DNA of 39,249 nt from a virus. Both the position numbers and the translations under genes were made by a program. The notes under the pieces were generated by a model that worked only from the letters and a program-made list of their open reading frames with translations, made no database searches and had not been told where the DNA came from. Shown here in pieces: positions 18,404 through 25,415 of this stretch. The stretch's first letter is position 1, and every line of letters begins with the position of its first letter. The stretch lies in IMG/VR virus record IMGVR_UViG_3300045988_033237; one strand, written 5' to 3'.

Positions 18404-19914
18404 GTACGACAAGAAGAGAAGTACCAGTCACAAGTATATATGCAAAGGCTGTCTTCACTGGGAACGTCAGCGGAGATGTGACAACAATCACATCCGTAAC
18501 GTTCACGCAAAATGAAGACGACTGGCTGCTGGGCGTAAAAAAAGAAGATATGCCATCAGTCATGATCATTGATGGAAAACAATACAGATGGACAGTGCAT
18601 TCCTACTTTACATTAAATACCATCGTAGCACAAGGAACATGGGTAAAAAAAGCAACACTGAACATTGGAACAAAGCTGACGATCAGAAAACCATTCTTCA
18701 AAATTGTATACGGTCAGAATCCGACACAAGAAGGAACAGAAATGACCTTTTCATTTTACGATCTGGGATCATTTGTGCCATACGGATTTGATCCGGGGGC
18801 TTCGGAATTTGAAATTGATGGAAAGACGGCAGTTCCTATCAATATAGAAAATGCAGATGAAGATTCACTGTTTTCTGTGAAACTGTCATCTGATGCAACG
18901 TACAGATTCAAGTGGGCGATTGGATCAAAGTCGTATACGCTGGACAAAAAAACGTCCGGAGCGACAAGGATCAATACAAGCTATACTATACCGAAAAGCT
19001 GGAATGAAGAGATAAAAAACAGTACAGCGGGTTCCTGTACACTTTCAGTTCAGGTACTGTTTGGATCGCAGGTATATCAATCAAGGGATACTGCGGTGAG
19101 GGCGACAGTCCCGGATGATTGTGTCCCGGTGATCAATTCCATATCCATCGCGGATACAAAAGGGCGTGTCCCTGCGGCGTGGGGGATGTTCGTGGAACAT
19201 AACAGCAATATAGCCATTACAGCAGCGAATATCACAAAGTCATACGGTGCGGATATTGTATCAGTCAATATGGAACTGAATGACAGGACATATTATGGAA
19301 CGCCTTCTGCATTGCCACAGTCATATATGTTGGAAGACTATGGGATCATGGACGTGACAGTGAAGATCCGTGATACAAGAGGACGGACGGCAGAAAAAAC
19401 TGCAAAAGTGACAGTCGTGGAATATAATCCGCCGACGATTCAGGTGGATTCTATGAGGTGCGGACAGGATGGAACACTGGAAAATGAAGGCGTATATTTT
19501 TTAGCGACGACAGACAGCACATATTCAACTTGCAACGGAAAGAATAAAGCAACACTTCAGATGCAGTATAAACTTTCAAGTCAGGGCGCATATACGTCAG
19601 CAGTGAAAGAACTTCCGATCGGGGAAGCGACAACTGTTTGCGGCGGGGATCTGAATACAGAATTTTCATATGATGTTCGTTATGTGCTGAAAGATACATT
19701 CAATACAGTGACCGTCATTGACTTCGTATCAACAGCGGTATATGCAATGCATTTTTTGCATGGTGGGCGCGGTGTGGCTTTTGGATCGAAGGCAACCGTG
19801 GAAAACGCAGTGGATTTTACTTTTGATGCGATATTCAGGCATGGGGTGAAATTCATAAAATCAGATGGATCCGAAGTGACAATGCAGCAGATCTTGAACA
19901 AACTCGGATTATAG
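18400..19914 (+). CDS. Tail/baseplate structural protein, uncharacterised
   Basis: 504 aa, ATGA coupling to Tal gene, beta-rich composition; function from position only. Confidence 0.55.
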   Translation: MSTTRREVPVTSIYAKAVFTGNVSGDVTTITSVTFTQNEDDWLLGVKKEDMPSVMIIDGKQYRWTVHSYFTLNTIVAQGTWVKKATLNIGTKLTIRKPFFKIVYGQNPTQEGTEMTFSFYDLGSFVPYGFDPGASEFEIDGKTAVPINIENADEDSLFSVKLSSDATYRFKWAIGSKSYTLDKKTSGATRINTSYTIPKSWNEEIKNSTAGSCTLSVQVLFGSQVYQSRDTAVRATVPDDCVPVINSISIADTKGRVPAAWGMFVEHNSNIAITAANITKSYGADIVSVNMELNDRTYYGTPSALPQSYMLEDYGIMDVTVKIRDTRGRTAEKTAKVTVVEYNPPTIQVDSMRCGQDGTLENEGVYFLATTDSTYSTCNGKNKATLQMQYKLSSQGAYTSAVKELPIGEATTVCGGDLNTEFSYDVRYVLKDTFNTVTVIDFVSTAVYAMHFLHGGRGVAFGSKATVENAVDFTFDAIFRHGVKFIKSDGSEVTMQQILNKLGL

Positions 19915-19929
19915 AAAGGAGGGAAGACA

Positions 19930-20736
19930 GTGGCACTTGGAAAAGTAATTCAGCGAATTGAAATCGAAATGTCGGGTGGGACAAAACAGTATATGGTGTC
20001 TGCAAAACAGGGAGATCGGGCAACAAGATATGTCGAAACCGTACTACTGAATCATGGGGAACCGTACACGATCCCGGCAGGATCCAGCGTCACAGCTTTC
20101 ATCAGAAAACCAGATAGACACAGGGTATATACACCGTGTGAATTCACGGACAATGTTGTGATGGTGGAATTGGACAGTCAGGCACTGGCAGCAGCGGGAA
20201 CGGCATTGTGTGAAGTGGAAGTGAAATCTTCAGATCTGATGCAGGTGGTAACATCGGTCACTTTTGAAATAGAGATTGAAGCAAAGGTGAAAGATGAAGA
20301 TGCGATCGTTTCGGGCGATGAACTTTCTATCTTCGATAAGACAATGAAACAGTATGCTGATCAGGAAACGAAACGTGTGAACGCAGAAGAAGCCAGAGTG
20401 CAGGCAGAAACAGGTCGCGTGAAGGCAGAGGAAGCCAGAGTGCAGGCAGAAACAGGTCGCGTGAAGGCAGAGGAAGCCAGAGTGCAGGCAGAAACAGGTC
20501 GTGTGAACGCGGAAAAAAGCAGAGTGTCAGCAGAAAGTGATCGCGTCACGGCAGAACAGGAAAGACAGAAGCAGGCGAATGAAGTTCTGGATAAGGCAAA
20601 TGAAGCTGTAAAAATTGCGGGGCAGATCAATGAAGCGTCATATATGTTGGATAAAGATGAAAATATCAAATATGCATATGCAATTTATACAGAACGGGGG
20701 ATCCCGCATCTGGCATTAACACCGATCAATGAGTAA
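19930..20736 (+). CDS. BppU-N-like fibre/baseplate protein with coiled-coil stalk
   Basis: GTG after aggaggga; N-terminal SAKQGDRATRYVETVLL...YTIPAGSSVTAFIRKPD resembles BppU N-domain; 14-aa repeat stalk. Confidence 0.6.
   Translation: MALGKVIQRIEIEMSGGTKQYMVSAKQGDRATRYVETVLLNHGEPYTIPAGSSVTAFIRKPDRHRVYTPCEFTDNVVMVELDSQALAAAGTALCEVEVKSSDLMQVVTSVTFEIEIEAKVKDEDAIVSGDELSIFDKTMKQYADQETKRVNAEEARVQAETGRVKAEEARVQAETGRVKAEEARVQAETGRVNAEKSRVSAESDRVTAEQERQKQANEVLDKANEAVKIAGQINEASYMLDKDENIKYAYAIYTERGIPHLALTPINE
20383..20508 (+). repeat. 3 x 42-bp tandem in-frame repeats (AEEARVQAETGRVK)
   Basis: Units at 20383..20424, 20425..20466 and 20467..20508, counted base by base. Confidence 0.95.
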
Positions 20737-20753
20737 ACAGGAGGAAAAGAAGA

Positions 20754-22463
20754 ATGGAAGGAATTGATTTATCATTTCCGTCTTATGCACAGCATGAGAG
20801 AATGGCGGCGGCACTGGAAGCGATCGCACTGAATGGCGGACAGAATTCGGCGGAAGCACTTGACGCTGCGTGCAGACAATTACTTGACGGAACAAATACA
20901 ACACGGGTTTTCTGGTCATGGTATCCGCGTGCGCTGGCAGCAGGAGAAACAGACAAGTATAAATTGCTTTCACGATTTGCAACAGCAGCAGCGCAGGCAT
21001 GGAATGGAAAGACATATACACTGCGAAGCTATGATCAGTCAGTATCAGGAATAACAAAAATGACACCGATGGATGATCTGGCAGATAAAGCGGCAGCACA
21101 GCTATGTACAGAAAATACTGAAGCGGTCGAGGACTGGGCGGATGAAGATCCGATGACATGGTATATCAGAGCAAACGCGCTGTCACTGGAAGACGGAACC
21201 ATGAACATCACATATTTTGAAGGTGAAGACGGTTTTGACATCACTGGTGAAGATGCACCAGTATATACATTTGCGCTTGCATTATGGATTAAAGAATGGA
21301 ATGACGGTGCATACGATTATATTTCATTCAGAACAACAAGGGGATCCGGCTATTATCCGGATGCGGGGGATGTGGATCCGAAAAATAAAAAGCGACTGAT
21401 CACATGGCACGCAACATTCCCCGGTGGTCTGGACAGCAAAGGCGCGTTGACATCCGGCGCAGGGATCAAGGCATATAACTTCGCATCAGCAACGGCAGGG
21501 ATCCAGAAGGCACGACAGAAAACAATTTATGAAGGACTGTGGAATGACTGCGATACAAGATGGATTCTTCGTATGTGGCAGTTAAGGCATTTTGATCTGG
21601 AAAACTCAAACATTGCCGAAGGATGCACAAATTACAACTATCAGTACATGGCGGCGTTGCCGGAAGAAAATGTGAAAAGGGTTCTTCTGTCTGCAAGTCA
21701 GGCAGCAGGATTCATTGTCGGATCCACGGTATCGGTTGGTGATATGGGCGCACAGTCGAATAAAGACAGATGGAATGCATGGATGCGTAACCTTGCGGAT
21801 CTGGTGAAAGTATCTTCAATCGAAAAAGTAACAGTAAACGGAACGGAATACACAGCGATCAATCTTGACATCAGCGGAACGATCACAACGACAGCAACAA
21901 CGTGTATTTCAACTATGCCGTGGCATTCGGGCGCAACAGAAGCATTGCCGGGACATAAAGACGGATGCACATTCAGCCTGACAGCAGGAAAGACACCGCT
22001 TCGTGTTGCTGGTGTAGAAGTTTTGGATGGATCATATACGATCGGACTGGATCCACTGTATGACACGACTGCAAACGAAGCAGGAGGATTTGATTATACT
22101 GTGTATCAGTGCCGCGACAGTCAGAAACTGTCAGGATCAATCACAGCGGACTATGAAGATACAGGCATTGTATATTCCGGTATGCCGTCCGGATGGAACT
22201 ATGTGAAAGCATTTATCAAGTCAAAGTTGGGTGTGCTGTTTCCGAAGCTGATCGGCGGATCTTCAACGACTTATTTTAAGTCGGCTTTCTACGGTGCCTA
22301 CTCCGCCGGGGTTCGCTGCCCGTGGCGTTTTGCGCTCTTGAGCTCTGGCGGGGCTGCTGGTCTGGCTGCGGAGGCTGGCAGCGTTGCGCCGGGTAGCTCG
22401 TACTGGTACAGTCGTCCGCGGCTTTGTGGCGCGGGTAAAAAGCGGGGTGAATGGTCTGCGTAA
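20754..22463 (+). CDS. DGR target protein: putative receptor-binding tail fibre protein with C-terminal variable (C-type-lectin-like) region
   Basis: 569 aa, last gene of tail module; last ~50 codons are the VR; NAGL...NNAPGNSNWN-type sequence (seen in the TR reading) is typical of CLec-fold DGR targets. Confidence 0.85.
   Translation: MEGIDLSFPSYAQHERMAAALEAIALNGGQNSAEALDAACRQLLDGTNTTRVFWSWYPRALAAGETDKYKLLSRFATAAAQAWNGKTYTLRSYDQSVSGITKMTPMDDLADKAAAQLCTENTEAVEDWADEDPMTWYIRANALSLEDGTMNITYFEGEDGFDITGEDAPVYTFALALWIKEWNDGAYDYISFRTTRGSGYYPDAGDVDPKNKKRLITWHATFPGGLDSKGALTSGAGIKAYNFASATAGIQKARQKTIYEGLWNDCDTRWILRMWQLRHFDLENSNIAEGCTNYNYQYMAALPEENVKRVLLSASQAAGFIVGSTVSVGDMGAQSNKDRWNAWMRNLADLVKVSSIEKVTVNGTEYTAINLDISGTITTTATTCISTMPWHSGATEALPGHKDGCTFSLTAGKTPLRVAGVEVLDGSYTIGLDPLYDTTANEAGGFDYTVYQCRDSQKLSGSITADYEDTGIVYSGMPSGWNYVKAFIKSKLGVLFPKLIGGSSTTYFKSAFYGAYSAGVRCPWRFALLSSGGAAGLAAEAGSVAPGSSYWYSRPRLCGAGKKRGEWSA
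22281..22428 (+). repeat. DGR variable repeat (VR)
   Basis: 148 bp aligning to 22538..22685 at offset 257; 20 mismatches, all at TR adenines. Confidence 0.92.
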
Positions 22464-22470
22464 GCAGACC
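22453..22470. promoter_or_regulatory. Hairpin ggtctgc-gtaa-gcagacc just 3' of VR, spanning the target stop codon
   Basis: 7-bp perfect stem and 4-nt loop read directly; the position matches the VR-flanking hairpin/cruciform known from the Bordetella phage DGR. Confidence 0.6.
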
Positions 22471-22537
22471 AGAGGGGCAAGACCACTCATACACACCTAA
22501 CAGGAAAAGAAAATAAAAAGGGTATGCAGGCGCGGGA

Positions 22538-22685
22538 TCGGCTTTCTACGGTACCAACTCCGCCGGGGTTCGCTGCCCGTGGCGTTTTGCGAACTTGAAC
22601 AATGGCGGGAATGCTGGTCTGGCTGCGGAGAATGGCAACAATGCGCCGGGTAACTCGAACTGGAACAGTCGTCCGCGAATTTATG
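22538..22685 (+). ncRNA. DGR template repeat (TR), template portion of the TR RNA
   Basis: Non-coding invariant copy of VR; 29 adenines; reads as 11 AAY codons in the VR frame; RT gene 195 bp downstream. Confidence 0.92.
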
Positions 22686-22880
22686 TATTTATGAAGGCAG
22701 GTGAAAACTTGCTGAAATGTGTCTGTATATCCGCGCATAAGCGAAAATCAGTAAAACCGGAAGCCGGGAAACCGGCATGTATAACCGTGGGTTATGCGTG
22801 CGGCAAGTAGTAACAAGACGAATTCTGATTCAAGGATCTGTCGCAACCGAAAGTCGCTTCACACATAAAGTAAAAATAAG

Positions 22881-24275
22881 ATGGCACATAAAAAGAGATA
22901 TAAAAAGTTAAGCAGGCAGCTGTGCGAACAGGCAGTTGTTGAATGTTTCAAAGGAAAATGGAGAAGAAACGATGTACTGACGTTTATTGAAAAGTATGCA
23001 GGAATTCCACGCGACGATATAAAAATAGATGATTTATCCGGATCGTGGAAGTATAAAAATGAAGCTGTTGAAGCGATTGGCTTGGTAATGCTTGGGATTG
23101 TGGAAGATCTGGTCGATCACGGAATAGAACCGGATGATATGGAACCAGTGACGATCCGGCAGCGTCCGGATGGAATGACAGGAAAGATCAGGGACATTGC
23201 ACTGTTGTGCATTATGCATCAGCTGATCGGTCATATTACGAAACTGATGATAGAACCATTGATTCAGGCGCGATTGCTTCCAACACAACATGCAAGCATT
23301 CCGGGACACGGGCAGACAATGCTGAAAGATCAGATGTTGCGTTATTTCCTGAAGGAATCGCTGGGAATTGAATATGTGAGAAAAACAGATGTTGTACATG
23401 CATATGCTTCGCTTCAATACGATGTATGCATAGATCTGGTGATGGTGGAGATTCCGAAAGCAAGATATGCGATCGGGCTGCTGAAATATTTGAAAAGCGT
23501 CGCACCGGGTGGACATCTGATCATCGGCGGGTATCTTGACGCATGGCTTTTTAATTTTACGATGTCGTATGCGATCCGCTATCTGTACACGCTGGGATCA
23601 ACGCGAAGAGGGAAAAAGATACCGTATGTTATACGCTGCGGAACATTTATGGATGATTTTTCGATAGGATCCGGATCTATAAAAGGAGAACAGCGGGCAG
23701 TGAAAGCATTGGACAAGTGGTTAACAAAGAATCAGCACTTGCAGATAAAAGAAACGACAGGAATTATTAAGCTGTTGCCGATTGAAGAAGAAAAGCGAAG
23801 GCGAAATCTGCCGCGTCCGGGGCAAAGGGGCGTCCCGATGCTGGACATGGCAGGATACAGAATCAGCAGAACACACATCACGATCCGGCGGCGCGTATTC
23901 AAAAGGGCAAGACGACAGCTGATACGCGGATATAGAGAACTGAAGCGTGACGGAACACTGCGCCGTGAACGGGCGCAGAAGATAATATCGTATAACAGCT
24001 ATATTGAACAATCTGATTCATTCCATTTACAAGAAAGATACCACACAGAAGAACTGCTTCAGGTGGCGCATCGCGTAAATGGATTCTATGGACAACTGGA
24101 ATATCAGAAAAGAATGGAGGAATTGCATGATTTACTTGAACGTAGATGCAGATCAGAAGCCGGAAAAGGTAATGATGGAAAATCTTCCGGGTGGCGCAAT
24201 GACCGTCAGGATGGCGGACAATATCAAGGAATACCGTCAGGAAGACGCAAAGGATCGGAAGATGTACCGTTTTGA
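22881..24275 (+). CDS. DGR reverse transcriptase
   Basis: RT motifs by eye: GKIRDIALL...HASIPGHGQ (1-2), YVRKTDVVHAYASL (3), IIGGYLDAWLFN (4), FMDDFSI (5), LQIKETTGIIKL (6), MLDMAGYRI (7); N-terminus CFKGKWRRNDVLTF resembles Brt; weak RBS; last ~50 codons overlap the next ORF. Confidence 0.9.
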   Translation: MAHKKRYKKLSRQLCEQAVVECFKGKWRRNDVLTFIEKYAGIPRDDIKIDDLSGSWKYKNEAVEAIGLVMLGIVEDLVDHGIEPDDMEPVTIRQRPDGMTGKIRDIALLCIMHQLIGHITKLMIEPLIQARLLPTQHASIPGHGQTMLKDQMLRYFLKESLGIEYVRKTDVVHAYASLQYDVCIDLVMVEIPKARYAIGLLKYLKSVAPGGHLIIGGYLDAWLFNFTMSYAIRYLYTLGSTRRGKKIPYVIRCGTFMDDFSIGSGSIKGEQRAVKALDKWLTKNQHLQIKETTGIIKLLPIEEEKRRRNLPRPGQRGVPMLDMAGYRISRTHITIRRRVFKRARRQLIRGYRELKRDGTLRRERAQKIISYNSYIEQSDSFHLQERYHTEELLQVAHRVNGFYGQLEYQKRMEELHDLLERRCRSEAGKGNDGKSSGWRNDRQDGGQYQGIPSGRRKGSEDVPF

Positions 24276-24528
24276 TGAAGTGGTGTTTGAACTTCCGGCG
24301 GACAGCACGATCACGACAAAACAGATCGAAGATGACTTTGAAAAATACTGGGAGTACGGGAAGACTGATCAGGCTGGAAAAGACGAAGACATGAAAGATG
24401 ATGAACCGGATCCGGAAAGTGGGGGAATGACGCGGGCAGAAATGACCGTTGAAATTCAGAAACTTCAGGAAAAAAATGAAATGCTGGAATCCTGTCTGCT
24501 GGAAATGTCGGAGCTTGTATATGCTTAA
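24127..24528 (+). CDS. Hypothetical acidic protein
   Basis: ATG 24127 after ggaggaattgc; upstream part of ORF 24079 overlaps the RT; C-terminal coiled coil EIQKLQEKNEMLESCLLEM. Confidence 0.55.
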   Translation: MIYLNVDADQKPEKVMMENLPGGAMTVRMADNIKEYRQEDAKDRKMYRFDEVVFELPADSTITTKQIEDDFEKYWEYGKTDQAGKDEDMKDDEPDPESGGMTRAEMTVEIQKLQEKNEMLESCLLEMSELVYA

Positions 24529-24580
24529 TTTTGTTAGGCATTCAATATACAAAATTTTATTCGGGAAGGAGGGTGAAACG

Positions 24581-24742
24581 ATGATGGCTATGTTATGGGC
24601 GCAGAAGATCATGTATGCGGAAACAAAAGAAGAAGCGATTGCACTGTACAAAAGAGTGCCGCGCCTTCTGAAAGATAAGGTCGAACAGATCCTGATCGAA
24701 AGCGGATGCGAAGATCTGATCAAAGAGAGCGAAGAACAGTAA
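24581..24742 (+). CDS. Small conserved phage protein (53 aa) upstream of lysis genes
   Basis: ATG 24581 after gggaaggagggtgaaacg; the upstream part of the tracked ORF lacks an RBS. Confidence 0.5.
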   Translation: MMAMLWAQKIMYAETKEEAIALYKRVPRLLKDKVEQILIESGCEDLIKESEEQ

Positions 24743-24754
24743 GGAGGGGCAGAC

Positions 24755-24982
24755 ATGGGCGAAGTGAAGGAACCGTATGAAGGCGGAACCGGAAGCCTGC
24801 TGGAAGTCGTCGACATGATGTGCGGCGTAACGGAAAAGCTGGCAGACATCGTCAGAAAACAGGCTGTCCTGATCGAGCAGGAGAGGATCGCGGGCGCGGT
24901 CTTCCCTGCCGATCTTTCGGAAGAAAGAAAACAGGCAGAAGATGATCTTGACAGGATCGAAATGAAACTAAGGAGGATATGA
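24755..24982 (+). CDS. Hypothetical protein
   Basis: RBS aaggagggg; 75 aa, no motif recognised. Confidence 0.55.
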   Translation: MGEVKEPYEGGTGSLLEVVDMMCGVTEKLADIVRKQAVLIEQERIAGAVFPADLSEERKQAEDDLDRIEMKLRRI

Positions 24983-24983
24983 C

Positions 24984-25415
24984 ATGAAAGAAGGAATCTG
25001 CACTGCTGTTGGAGTAGTGGGAAGCGCGATTGCAGCTGCTTTCGGTGGATGGGATCAGGCACTTGTGACGTTGGTGATCTTTATGGTGATTGATTATTTA
25101 TCGGGGCTGATTGTTGCGGGAATTTTTCACAACAGCAGAAAAACAGAAAATGGAGCGTTGGAAAGCAGAGCCGGATGGAAGGGGCTGTGCAGAAAAGGTG
25201 TGACATTGCTGTTTGTGTTGATCGCATACCGTCTGGATCTTGCGCTGGGTGTAAATTATATTCGCAATGCAGTGATCATTGGATTCATGGCAAATGAATT
25301 GATCAGCATCACGGAAAATGCCGGACTGATGGGAATTCCACTTCCGACAGTGATCCAGAATGCAATCGAAGTTTTGACACGAAAAGCATCTGTGTCAAAG
25401 GATGGTGAACAGTAA
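24984..25415 (+). CDS. Holin (phage_holin_4_1 / TcdE-like family)
   Basis: Multiple TM helices, VIDYLSGLIVA and NELISITENAG motifs characteristic of this holin family; adjacent to the endolysin. Confidence 0.85.
   Translation: MKEGICTAVGVVGSAIAAAFGGWDQALVTLVIFMVIDYLSGLIVAGIFHNSRKTENGALESRAGWKGLCRKGVTLLFVLIAYRLDLALGVNYIRNAVIIGFMANELISITENAGLMGIPLPTVIQNAIEVLTRKASVSKDGEQ

Noticed and set aside
22429-22708. Weak similarity between VR-downstream (22437..22454) and TR-downstream (22691..22708) sequence at offset 254, considered as an IMH/IMH* pair
   Set aside because: Only about 10 of 18 positions match, with several non-A mismatches and a 3-bp register shift. That is too weak to call by eye. I report only the end of clean homology at 22428/22685.
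22263-22738. Four minus-strand ORFs (22263..22496, 22276..22494, 22298..22486, 22487..22738), considered as a possible Avd accessory gene
   Set aside because: They are antisense shadows of the GC-rich VR and TR. They are Pro/Arg/Ser-rich, overlap one another in several frames, lack RBSs, and have none of the helical, basic four-helix-bundle character of Avd.
22595-22810. 71-aa Asn-rich ORF (MNNGGNAGLAAENGNNAPGNSNWNSRPR...)
   Set aside because: It is the in-frame read-through of the DGR template repeat. The Asn richness reflects AAY codons of TR, there is no RBS, and the sequence is better explained as non-coding TR RNA.
23899-25062. 387-aa minus-strand ORF, the longest antisense ORF in the window
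   Set aside because: It lies antisense to the RT, three small + strand genes and the holin start. Its composition is low-complexity and Ser/Phe/Leu/Ile/Pro-rich, it has no RBS, and it would conflict with a coherent + strand operon containing recognisable domains.
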